Below, piece after piece: positions 52,387 to 64,000 of a stretch of 64,000 bases of DNA. The DNA comes from Isurus oxyrinchus (taxonomy: Eukaryota), in NCBI GenBank assembly GCA_026770705.1, contig JANJGN010000021.1:99076001-99140000 (forward strand). The letters run 5' to 3'. The translations under genes and the position numbers were made by a program. Within the stretch, counting starts at the first letter, position 1; each line of letters starts with the position of its first letter. The notes under the pieces were generated by a model. The model was not told the origin of the DNA and did no database searches. It saw nothing but the letters and a program-made list of their open reading frames with translations.

Positions 52387-52962
52387 CTGAAACACATTTG
52401 AATAATATCAGGATTGTCTCTCTCTGTTTCCGGATCCATTCCCAGTTCCGTGTTATTTGGGGACAATTTTAACCAAAGTTGCCCATTGGGAATTGATGGG
52501 ATTGGTTGAAACGCTGGTTTTCCACTCGCCAATTTCACTCTCCAGTCAAGTCACTAAAGTGTCCCATTGATGGTGGTGGAAAAGCCGTGTTGTCCCAATC
52601 CCGTGGGTTCCCTTCCCGGATAGTTCAGTTCTAATTCTCCCCGATGTCTCAGTGTCCTGTCCTTGTTCAATCCCCAGGGTTACATTGTACGGCCCAGGAG
52701 GCAGCATCACTGATGCTTTTCACATCAAATTTCAAAGGGATGAGCTAGAAACTGACCGCAGGAAACTGGGCTGAGCTGATAATGAGGAAAACCACAGCTA
52801 AACAGAGTAAACGCTTCAGAAGAAGCACTCAGTACAATCCAACAGCAGGACTTAGTCCTAGACTATTGCAGTGAACCCATGGTCAACACAGGAAATAAGT
52901 GAGAGAATCCAGATCAAAGAAAAATCTCCACAAATGTCCAGAGATTGAGTTCCAGACACTTA

Positions 52963-55900
52963 CGATGGAATTTTCCGTGCCCGCTGGTGATTGGCATTGT
53001 GAGCGGGCAATATAGCGGGAAGACTAAAACTCGGTTTTATTACTTTGTGAAAGCAGTTTGCAATCGTTCGCTCTCTTTCTCACCGTCAGGCATTGGGGAA
53101 CTTCATTTTCAAACATCTGCATGTGATTATCAGCCCATCGCACTGGAAACATCGCCCCCCCCTCAGGCTGAGTTACCTGCCCACATCGACTGGTTCACAA
53201 CTGCGTACTTAAGGCGCGTACTTGGTGAGCTGCACTTTGATGGGAACTGGGAGGTGCGTTCAGAATAACGTTGCGTAGCACTCATGAGAGTTGCTTGTTG
53301 TTCAAAGAAGAGGTGCCACAAACTCAGGCGAGGGCACTGGGTAAGTGGCTTTTTCCTGGCTGGCTGACAGGATGCTGCTGGGGCAATGGCTGCCCGGCGG
53401 TTGATGGTACTGCACATGTGGGTGCGGGGTCAGGGGAGGGAAGCAGCTACTCATCAGGGAACCTTGTATAAAGTGACTGTTCCTCCGCAGCTGAGACAGT
53501 TCAGACACAGTTACATTGACATGTGTGGTGTCGGGTCTCTAGCTCTGCCCACTCAAGCAACACAGAGGCAGCAAATTACCACCAAATGCTCCAGAGCTTT
53601 TCACCCCTCGGGCACAGACTGCAAACTAATGAGTATTTTCGTGGACAGCAGAACAGTTGGACAACTGGGCAAGTTATACAATCTCCTCAGTAAAGCTGGC
53701 CATGGAGCAGTCACTGCTGGAGATGCTCACAGCCCCTTGCAATGTCATCATGCCGGTTTGGACCAGTCTCCCCCATGGTTCAAGCTAACAGTGCAGCCTT
53801 GCAGTGCGGGTTAGGAGAATGCCTGTGCCTGAGCTACGAGCACAGCATGCAGTCCAATGGTCAAAGCTCCCACCAATTGGTCAGGTAGAGTGGGGCGGAG
53901 GTGGGTGGGGTTCGGCCAGCCATGAAGCTCAATAAACTCTGGCCATCCAAAAGGTGGCCAGCACTCTCCGGGACGTGTTAAGGGGCCTTCACACTCAACC
54001 AGGTCAGATTCTGAGAACACCCATGCTAACACACGTCTCTCTCTTCCATCTTGCAGGGGATGTACATCAGGATCATGGAGCCTGGTGACCTAGCTGTATG
54101 CCTCATGACTTACACAGAGTGATGGAGAAGAGAGTGACAGAGGCTCCTGGCTGCGCAGAGAGGGGAGCAGCACCCTCAGGAAGAAGTTGTGGCTGGGGCT
54201 TCCGCACACGCTGCTGAAGAGCCACAGTGAGCTGTCTCTGGTCGGTGCCTGGCTAGACCCAGGGTCTGTAGACGGCGCTTGTCATTCTTGCAGGCGACCG
54301 AGAACCAGTGTCACCGAAGGCTGTGCATGTCCTGGGAACTGGTCGGTCACATCTGCCAGCTGCTGCTGGACTTGACATCACATGGACATGGAGGGCATCC
54401 ACTGCCAATAGCTGTGAAAGTGACTGTGGCACTCAATTTCTACACCATTGGCTCCTTTCAGGGCTCCACAGGCGACCTCTGTGGGATCTCACAATCCACC
54501 ACCCACAAATGTATCCATGAGGTCACAGATGCCATCTTCACGAGGGCACACAAATTTGTGCATTTCGCCCGGGATCAGGAAAGCCAGGATACAAGAGCGA
54601 TTGGATTTGCCCAGATCTCAGGTTTCCCACAGGTGCAGTTACCATCGACTGCACTCACGTGTCACTCAGATCTCCGTGGCAACAAACTTGTAGTTGTTTA
54701 ATTGCTCTGCCATTTCCTTGTTCTCTGTTATAAATTCTCCCAATTCAGATTGTAAGGGACCTACTTTTGTCTTTACCAATATTTTTCTTCTTACTCATTA
54801 AAAGAAACTTTTACTGTCCTCTTTTATGTTCCTTGCAAGTTTACTCTTAAACTCTATTTTTCCCCACTTATTCAATCTCAAGAGCAAGGGCTACCTTCAG
54901 GGGACGTGTCTGAAGGCACACATGCAGCGGACTCGGAGTGCAGCAGAGAGAAGGTGCACCGAGGCTCATGCTGCATCTTGTACCTTTAAGGACGGGATGT
55001 TGAAAGTGCCGATCCGGTGCCTGGGCCAGTCTGGTGGAGCCCTGCAATACAGTCCACAGAGGGAGGGAGGTGAGGGGGTCCTCGAAGGCGCTGGTGACGG
55101 TGATGAAACCACTGCACTTGCCAGACGAGGCAGGCACGCTCGGGAGGCCTCATAGCTGCTAGGTTCATGAAGTATGATGACAACATGCAGTGAGGACACT
55201 CTATAGCCTCTGAGAATGTCTGACTCCTGTCTGACTGAGGGCAGCTCGCTAGCGCTCTGTGATCAGTGTTATATCATGGAGACACAGCCATGAAACTTAA
55301 AAGCATCTGATCCTTTGTCATCCTTCAGCACCTGAGCCCTTCAGGAGCACAGAGTCACTGGCCACAGATGCTGAAGAGATGGGGGCCAGCCCCACCTTAA
55401 AGGTGCTGAGAGCACAGGGAGAGAATGAGGGAACTCTGTGCTGCCTGCCCACTACACTCTGGCAGCAATGACCAGCACCTTCGAGGTGCAGGCATCAGTA
55501 ACGTGTCCAGGAAGTGTGAGGCTGGACCATCACTTTGGTCTGAAGGCTGCACCAAGCACAGGGAAGAGGCCCTGGACTAAGACTCCTGACTTTATCATGT
55601 GCAGAAAGGTTTCACATCTGAGTGACAAGAACGCGGCTCATCAGAGCAAGGGAGAAATTCTTGGGAGTTTATTGACAGGAGTGAACATAATGTACAAGTA
55701 ATTAACACCAGTCTCCAGGCTGTGTAACTACATCTTCTTAACTTCCTTAACCCTGCCACTACATCTTGATGCTCCCCAGACATCCACAGTGACGTGGAGG
55801 CAGCCTGCTGACTGCTACGCCCTGTCTGTGATGACCTTGGCGGGCGTCCTCTGGAGGGCCCTGGCCTGTTTTCGGGGTCCTGCTGTGTGGCAGTGGAATC

Positions 55901-57684
55901 CTCCTTGGCCTGTGGAGCTGGATTTGCTGGGGTCACAGGAAGAGGGGATTCGGGTGGGCCAGACACTCCCAGCGCCACCTGGGTGGATGGCCCAGGAGTG
56001 TGCACCTGCTGATCCTCCTCCCAATGGGTGCCCGAGGGCCCTTGGCTGACTCCTTGAGGAGAAGCGGTAGCTGGAGTGAGATTGAGTTGACCCACACCCC
56101 TCTCACGTACACACTGCTGGAGGCCAACTGTGGCATCAGAGATGAAGTTGAGCCCTCGCAGCTGTGCAGGAGCGACGTCCTGCACCAAGTCTCCATGGCG
56201 GCCACCATCCTTCCAGCGTTGACCTCGGTGTGTTGGCATGCTGACGCCATCACCTCAGACTGAAGGCGGACAGACTCCACCATCATGCCTTGCAATCTGA
56301 GGAGTGCAGCGGACATCCCTTCCTAATGTTCCCGAGCTTACCTTTGCAGTTCCAGTAACTGTGAAATGAGCGAGTCCAGAGGCTCATCATCTGACTCAGG
56401 CTCAGCAGATTTCTGGCCTCCAGCAGCCCTCTGAGTGCTGGAGACCTGGGAAGCCCCTGCCCCTGCCTGCTGTGGATCAGACAGTATGATGTATTCACCA
56501 GATTGTGATCCTGAGGCTACTCTAAAGCTAGGTCCCACCGAGTGTGTGTCTTTGTGCGGGTGGAGGGTGTGGGTGACGGTATGACGGGGCTTTAATGTTG
56601 GTAACATCAGCTTCTTTGTCCGAGGTTTCCTCAAGGCTTGATTGAAGGTCCTGGGTCGTGGACTCCGTCGGCTGTTCGTATTTGTGGAAACGAGGGGAGA
56701 TAATGAGTGCATGGCAGTGGCCTGTGAAACAGGACACATCACTCACAGCATGGCTATCTGATGGATGTTGCCCTGTTAGATCCTCACTTGGTTGAGTGCC
56801 ACCGACCTCACCGTCAGCACAGGACCATTCCCGGTCATCACCGGCCAGCTGGATAGCTCTGTTTTCAAAGTCCGTGAGGACCTTGATTTCAGGCATTCCT
56901 CCACTGGTCTGTGACCTCTCTCTGTTGTTGTGTGCCAGCTTGTCCTGCATGGATAGAGATGGAGAGAGTGTAAGCAGAACACCTGCCAGGCCAGATGATA
57001 AGTATACCTGGCGTGTGTGGGTGGTGAGTGGTCCCATGGACGGGATGGGGACAATGAAGGTGAGTGTGAGAGAGTGAATGGTGATGTCCCTTGAACTGGC
57101 AGTGAGTGAGGGTTTTGTGGATGTGTGATGGGCATGTGAGTGTGTGAGTTGAGAGCGTTGAGAAGAGTGACTTACCCTGGCGGAACGGAGATCATTCAGC
57201 CTCTTGTGGCACTGGGTGGTTGTCCTCTTTTGAAGGGCGTTGGCACTGGCCACTACTGCCACCGTCTCCCATGCTGGGTTAGTGATGTTGCTGCCCATCC
57301 TGCGGCCAGAGTGGGGTAGAGGATATCAGTGGGGAGCCTCTGCTCCATCCAAAAGGTGTTTGAGGGACGAGTCATTGGACCTGGGGGCTGCAGTCTTTCT
57401 GCCTTTCGGGGCCATGTTTTCTGTGCAGCAGTCGTGGGCTGGAAGCACTGAGAGGTGTACACGCAGCTGGATTTTAAATACGGTACTCGGTGTGATGAAG
57501 CAGACGGTGTGATGGCGGGCAGGTGAATGAGAGCCATGGAAACAGCGTGTTTCCGGGGAATACATGATTAATGAGGCAGGGTTGGGACGATACAGCGTGA
57601 AAAGCCACCATGGCGGCCAACGGATAAAACGCCCTTTTTCCCACCCGCTACCGCACTTAATGCAAATCTGGGACAACTCCGCCC
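52963..57684. mobile_element. Near full-length decayed PIF/Harbinger transposon with TTA target duplication, in the alpha3-TM intron of C
   Basis: TTA at 52960-52962 and 57685-57687; imperfect TIRs; + HARBI1-like LPIAVKVTVALNFY.IGSFQGSTGDLCGISQ; - Myb-like WETVAV...KRTTTQCHKRLNDL; CR1 fragment nested at ~54690-54880. Confidence 0.85.
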
Positions 57685-57823
57685 TTAAACAGGTATCAGC
57701 CGAACTGGCTGCCGAAGTAGTCTTGATGATCTATTTCTGCTCTCATTTCTTATGGTCTTAAATGGAATTGAGGTCAAAATCATCCATAATCTCCTTGATT
57801 GGTGGGATGGACTCAAGGAGCAG

Positions 57824-57826
<3 letters not shown>

Positions 57827-57878
<52 letters not shown>
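57827..57878. repeat. (CA)n microsatellite next to the alpha3 donor of C
   Basis: Direct inspection. Confidence 0.95.
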
Positions 57879-57879
<1 letters not shown>

Positions 57880-57896
57880 CCAGTACAGTTCCTTAC

Positions 57897-58186
57897 CCCA
57901 CTGATAGAGCTGGGTCTCTGCCAGGTCTCTGCCAGGCTGCTGTGTTCAATTTGACAGGAGTATTGATCCTCATCCTCAGCATTTATTTCAATCTCTTTCT
58001 GGATCTGATGGGTCCCATCGTGGTTGGGTCGAACCCCCGGGGATAGTGTCTCAGACATGACCTCTCCATTCCTTAGCCAGCTCACCTCGATGTCTACAGG
58101 ATAAAACCCAGTAACCAGGCAGGAGAAAGTGAGCGGCTTGTACTGACTATTGGGGTCACTTCTGGAGATGAACACTTCAGGCTGAA
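57897..58186 (-). CDS. MHC class I-like gene C, alpha3 exon with 11-bp frameshifting duplication
   Basis: 290 nt = 279 + 11; tctctgccagg tandem at 57915-57936; both Ig cysteines intact. Confidence 0.9.
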
Positions 58187-58297
58187 CTGTAATGGGAAAG
58201 GGTAAAAACACAAACAATAAACAGACACTGAATGGAATGGGAGAACACTTTCATAGACCAGTGAAGTTAGATCAGAACATGATAAATAAATAAATAC

Positions 58298-58573
58298 CTT
58301 TCCTTTGGAAATATTCCTTTCCAGCTTCAAAATATCTTTTTAAATTCTGTACGCCAACTACTTTCATACTCCATTCCCAATACTTGTTCCAGGATTCATC
58401 CGAATCCCAATCCTCTTTAATCATCACTGCAAAGTGATTGGTTGCAACCCATCTCATTCTGTCTGGCTCTAAACTAATATAATCCTTTCCATCAAATCCA
58501 ACTCGCATCGATCTCTTCATGGAGCCGTCTTCAGTGAGCTCAACATTCGTTATCCATTGGTAAATGTGGATTC
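58298..58573 (-). CDS. MHC class I-like gene C, alpha2 exon
   Basis: 276 nt, open; GIHIYQW...GFDGKDYISL...GKEYFQRK; alpha1 and leader expected beyond the right edge. Confidence 0.93.
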
Positions 58574-59344
58574 CTGTCAGAGAGCAAATGATGATCACTA
58601 CTCAGTGGGCTGGAGGATTGTAAATATTGCTGCCTTGATCAATACAGGGGAGAAAGTATCACCTGATAGGCTTGTCAGAAAAATTAAAACCCACGGAATA
58701 AAATTGGCAGCAGCAAGTTGTAAACAAAATTAGCTGAGGGATCGAAATCAGAGCTGAGAACATAAGGAGAAACAGCAGGAAGGTCATATGCTGGGTGAAA
58801 ATCCTGGAATTCCCTCCCTAACTGCACTGTGGGTGTACCCACACCACATGGACTGCAGCGATTCAAGAAGGCAGCTCACCACCACCTTCTCAAGGGTAAC
58901 TAGGGATGGGCAATAAATGCTGACCCAGCCAGCGAAGCCCACATCCCCTGAATGAATAAAAAAAATCCTGCTCCATTCAGTATGACCTTGGTTGACCTTT
59001 TGTCTGAACTCCATTTTCCCATCATCTCTGTAGGGAAAGCCCTTGATTTCCTGAGAGATCGGGAATCTATCAATCCCAGTTGTAAATATATTCAATGATG
59101 GAGCATTCACAACCTTCATGGGTAGATTGTAAAGGTTCTGAACGCTTTGAGTGAAGACATTTCTCATTTCATCTCACTCTGATTTGATCTTCCCCTGTGC
59201 CATTGTGTAGTAGTTTCCAATGTAACAGGGAGAACCTCTCAGTCTCTACCCTGTCAAGACCCTTCAGATTCATGTATGTTTTGAGAAAATTTCTTCTCAC
59301 TCCTTTAAATTCCAGAAAGCATAGATCTGTTTTTCCTTTATTCT

Positions 59345-62300
59345 TTCTGACCTGCTCTTGTAGCCACAGTTATTATATGGCTAGTCCAGTTCAGTTTCTG
59401 GTGAATGATAACCCTCAGGATGTTGACAGTGGGGGATTCAGCAATGGTGATGCCATTGAATGTCAAGGGGCAATGGTTAGATTCTCTCTTGTTGGAGATG
59501 GTCATTGTTTGGCACTTGGGTGATGTGAACATTTCTTACCACTTATCAGCTCAAGCCTGGACATTGTCCATGTTTTGCTCCATCTGGACAATCTGAGGAG
59601 TTACAAATGGTGCTGAACATTATGCAATCATCAGTGAACATTCCCCTTCTGACCTTATGATGGAAGAAGGGCATTGAGGAATTAGCTGAAGGTGGTGGGG
59701 CCTAGGACACTACCCTGAGGAACTCCTGCAGTGATGCCCTGCAGCTGAGATGGCTGACCTCCAACAACCACAATTGCCTTCCTTTGTGCTCAGTGTGACA
59801 CCAACCAGTGGAGCATTTTTCCCCCAATTCCCATTGACAGCTGTTTTGCTCGGGCTTCTTGATGCCACACTTGGTCAAATGCTGCCTTAATGTCGAGGGC
59901 AGTCGACACCTTGGGAGTTCCACTCTTTTGCCCATGCTTGGACTAAGGCTGTCACAAGGTCAGGAGCTGAGTGGCCCTGGCAGAAACCAAACTGAGTGTC
60001 AATGAGCAGGTTGTTTCTGACTCAGTGCCATTTGATAGCACTGTTGACCGTCCCTTCTATCACTTTGCTGCAGATTGAGAATAGACTGTTGGGGCAGTAA
60101 TTGGGCAGGACGTACCTGGGCAATTTTCCACATTTCCAGGTAGATGTCAGTGTTGTAGCTGCGTTGGGAAAGATTGGTCAAGGATGCAGCAAGCTCTGGA
60201 GCACAAGTTTTCAGTTCCGTTGCTGGAATGTCATCAGGGCCCAGGGCCTTTCAAATATCCAGCATCCTCAGCTGTTTCTTGACATCATGTGGAGTGAATC
60301 GAATTGGCTGAAGACTGGCATCTGTGATGCTGGGGACCTCCGGAGGAGGCTGAGATGGATCATCCACCCGGCACATCTGGCTGAAGATTGTAGCAAACGA
60401 TTCAGCCTTATCTTTTGCACTGATGTGCTGGGCTCCTCCATCATTGAGGATATTTGTGGACCCTCCTCCTCCAGTGAGTTGTTTAATTACTCACCACCAT
60501 TCACCACTAGACGTGGCAGGCAAGGCCAGGGAGAGAAATCATGGGCCCTGACACTGCTGCTGTTTCTGGGTCCCTTATTCCCTAGCACCACTGACCACCA
60601 CCCCCCCACCCCCCCAAACCACTACCCCCTTCACCCTCCCCTTCAATCATGCATGATATTTTTCCCCTTTCCAGATTCACCAAATAATTCAAAAAACAAT
60701 CACAGAAAGGTCCTAGTAAAATGATAATGGCCATTGTTGGCATCTGGTTACAAATATCGTCTGATATATATGCCGAATGGGTCCTTAATATTAAAGCAGC
60801 AACAATACAATGCGGCGTTAGTTTGTGTGAACCCTATAGTTGATCCCACCATGATTATTATACAAACTAGAGAGTAGAAATTTTACTTGAACAGCATCAT
60901 GCAACATTATTTGACAGATGATAACATTGATTTTGGTGACTGCCTCAGATCTCATTAGCATGTACTGCACATTGCAGCTAATGAACATGGCGACAATAAA
61001 TTCTTATTTGTGGGAAAGAATCAATACTTGCAACCCAGATAATCTGCACAAGATCTTTTCCATTCTGTCAAAGTAGAAGAAGGATTTTTTCTGCCCGGGT
61101 GCATGATCTGATTCAATATCATGATTTCATATAAGGGCATTAATGGATTCTCTTGTCTGTAATCTCCCAGGGTAAAAAGATCAAATAACCTCTGAGCAGC
61201 AAAGTGGAACGATTGAACAACATAGGTCTCACTGTCAGTGAGAAGAGTTGAAGCCCACATGTGTGTCGGTGCAACAGAACTTTTAAGAGGTTAGAGGGCA
61301 AAGACTGAATGGTTCACAATTGTATCTGTGTTTTCTTGATCAGCAAGTCTGAAGACTGTTGATTGCTGCTTTACACTACAATACATTTTCAATATTTACC
61401 ATGCAACACAACTTTATCACAATATTTCAAAACTTCAAAAACCCCAGAAAAACATCAAGGTAGCACTATCCCCTCCCCCAGCCCCTGGGCTCCAGTGTTT
61501 GGCACAGTCTGCATTCCCCTCTCCTGGGTCCTGGTGGCAGGACTGCAGAGCTTACAGCTGATCCGTTGGTGTGGGATTGCTTAACTCTGTCTATCACTTG
61601 CTGCTTTTGCTGTTTGGCATGCAAGTAGTCCTGTGTTGTAGCTTCACCAGGTTGGCAACTCATTTTTAGGTATGCCTGGTGCTGCACTTGGAATGTCCTC
61701 CTGTACTCTTCATTGAACTAAGGTTGATCCCCTGGGCTTGATGCTAATTGTAGAGTGGGGGGATATGCCAGTCCATGAGGATACAGATTGTGGTTGAACA
61801 CAATTCTGCTGCTGCTGATGCCCACAGTGCCTCATGGATGCCCAGTGTTCAGCTGCTAGATCTGTTCGAGGTCTATCCCATTTAGGACAGTGGTAGTGCC
61901 ACACAAGTCGATGGGGGGTATCCTCAATCTGAAGACGAGACTTCATCTCCACAAGGACTGTGTGGCGATGTTTCCTACCAATACTGTCATGGACAGATGC
62001 ATCTGTGGCAGGCAGGTTGGTGAAGATGAGGTCAAGTATGATTTTCCCTCTTGTTGCTTCCCTCACCACCTGCCGCAGACCCAGCCTAGCAGCTATGTCA
62101 TTTAGGGCTCGGACAGTAATGGTGCTACCCAGCCACCCCTGGTGATGGACATTGAAGTCTCCCACCCAGAGTACATTCTGTGCCCTTACTACCCTCAGTG
62201 CTTCTTCCAAGGGTGTTCAATATGGAATAGTACTGATTCATCAGCTGAGGGAGGGTGGTACGTGGTAACCAGCAGGTGGTTTCCTCGTCCTTGTTTGACC

Positions 62301-62995
62301 TGATGCCATGAGATTTCATGGGGTCCAGAGTCGATGTTGAGGACTCACAGGGCAACTCCCTTCTGACTGTATACCACTGTGCCACCACCTCTGCTGGGTC
62401 TGTCCTGCTGGTGGAACAGGACATACTCAGGGATGGTGATGGTGGTGTCTTGGACATGGTCTCCAAGGTTTGATTCCATGAGTATGGCTATTCCATGCTG
62501 TTGTTTGACTAGTCTATGGGGCAGCTCTCCCAATTTTGGCACAAGTCCCCAGGTGTTAGTAAGGAGGACATCGCAGAGTCAACAGGGCTGAGTTTGCCGT
62601 TGTCGTTTCCAGTGCTTGGGTCAATGGCGGGTGATCAGTATGGTTTCATTCCTTTAAGTAGGCTTCACAGTAATTTGGTATATCTGAGTGCTTTGCTACT
62701 CCTTTCAAGAGTCAACCACATTGCTGTGGGTCTGAAATCACATGTGGGCCACACCAGGTAAGGACGGCAGATTTCCTTCCCTGAAGGATATTAATGAGCC
62801 TATTGGGGTTTTACAACAATCACCATGGTTTCATGATCACAATTACTGAGACTGAACTTTTAATTCCAGGCTAATTAATCAAATTTAATTTCCACCATCT
62901 GCCATGGTGGGATTCGAACCTGTGTACCCAGAGCATTGGCCTGGGCCTCTGGAATACTGACCTGGTGACAATACCACTACACCTCCAGCTCCACC
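59345..62995 (-). mobile_element. HER1-like LINE with tRNA/SINE-type 5' head, interrupted by a hAT-like insertion
   Basis: Colinear with 33999-36925; LWVGDFNVHH; B box ggttcgaatcc. Confidence 0.88.
60521..61533. mobile_element. Non-autonomous hAT-like DNA transposon (1013 bp)
   Basis: 8-bp TSD gtggcagg (60513-60520, 61534-61541); 11/15 TIR caaggccagggagag / caggacccaggagag. Confidence 0.75.
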
Positions 62996-63409
62996 AAAAG
63001 CTGCTGTAGGTAAGGCTTGGACTCAAAACCTTGGCAATTCAGACACCTCCATATTGCCATTTAATTAGCACACACCAACCGATTTCACCTGTAAAGTTTG
63101 AAAACGTGAAGCCTCGTGACATAATTTCTTTCAGGTATGAACTGGATGTTTGAATTTCTCTATAAAACAAACAGTCTCTCCGGAGATCCTAAAAAGACTA
63201 ATACAATCAACTACATGGAAAGCTCATGATACTGATACTGAGTGTACTCGTGAACTGAAAACCCATCATGGGTTTGTATTCTGTGTCCTCCAGATTCCAC
63301 AGGCTAGTGCCACGCCAGACAAGGTCCAGTTTGTAAAATGTTCCCAAATCCAGTATGTTTAAATGGTTAACACGTGGAACATGCATAAGCACGTTTCCAT
63401 TTTCTGCAA

Positions 63410-63975
63410 TTATCGTCCAAGTTGACATGGTTAACCTGTCATTGCGTGAGCAGGAACATTGAGGCCTCCTCCCTACACACACATGCTCGGTAGTGTTAAT
63501 ATCTGTGAATTGTTCACCTCACATTCTCCATCCATGGGTGACGGCCTCTGTCCTTGATAATCTCCACTTCCTTATCTCACGGAGATATTGATTACAGAGA
63601 TTCCCATTCTCCTTTCATACTGCCTCCTGGATTCACACTGTCCATTCTGGAATACTGGAGAAGATCGAGCTCACCCCCATACACGTGAAAATACATTGAG
63701 GCGCAGCAAGAGGACAGGAATTCGCCAACAAGCTGCCCTTTCCTGGATGATCTCAACCATCTCACCATATTCTCAACTTGTTCAATCACAAACCCATCTC
63801 CTTACCTTCATCAATATAAATATACTTATTTAAAATACTTTGTAAATATCACAATCGGGACAGGGAGAAGGGACTGAATAACCCTCCATTTGTACATGAA
63901 TCATGGTGTCCCACACACTGTACACTCCAATGTCACAGTCTGCAGCATAACAGTGGCTGGGACCCTGCCTGGCAC
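63410..63975 (-). repeat. Paralogue of gene A alpha1-alpha2 intron segment (14940-15450)
   Basis: Reverse-complement similarity; places the alpha1 exon of C outside the window. Confidence 0.8.
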
Positions 63976-64000
63976 CCATTAAACAGGACATTCTGTGGGA

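Noticed and set aside
54050-55200. Domesticated HARBI1 / NAIF1 host genes
   Set aside because: Frames are broken, a CR1 fragment is nested inside, and the region is bounded by TIR/TSD, so it is a transposon remnant
60655-60700. Walker-A-like ELFGESGKGKN on the minus strand, and a cag|attcaccaa match to the cytoplasmic exon start on the plus strand
   Set aside because: Not in a sustained ORF, lacks the final S/T, and lies inside the hAT-like insertion; likely chance
63000-63410. Possible alpha1 exon of gene C
   Set aside because: No class I alpha1 motifs seen; the adjacent sequence is homologous to the middle of the alpha1-alpha2 intron, so alpha1 lies outside the window

Overview
Eukaryotic, repeat-rich DNA. 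It is almost certainly from a cartilaginous fish, judging by HE1-type tRNA SINEs, HER1/CR1/RTE/L2 LINE remnants and Harbinger elements. The window holds a cluster of spliced non-classical MHC class I-like loci, assembled by hand from exon lengths, phases and GT-AG sites. Gene A (+, 11011-26592) appears complete: leader, alpha1, alpha2, alpha3, TM and two cytoplasmic exons, with an ISRE/X-Y promoter. A 196-N gap lies at the end of its alpha3 exon. Pseudogene B (+, 33194-38866) has frameshifted alpha1 and alpha2 exons and a truncated alpha3. Gene C (-, 58573 down to about 48.9 kb) has its leader and alpha1 beyond the window, and an 11-bp duplication shifts the frame at the end of alpha3. Module D (-, 7308 down to about 0.8 kb) is an orphan but intact TM plus cytoplasmic 3' module, head-to-head with A. 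All three alpha2 domains lack both cysteines of the canonical C101-C164 disulfide and several peptide-anchoring residues, while alpha3 is nearly invariant. Tails differ by an ITIM-consensus motif (VTYTTV in D, VTYTTA in A and C). The loci are related by inverted duplications, with breakpoints in intron-specific, roughly 60-bp G-rich minisatellites. Most long ORFs in the supplied track are decayed transposon ORFs or minisatellite artefacts.
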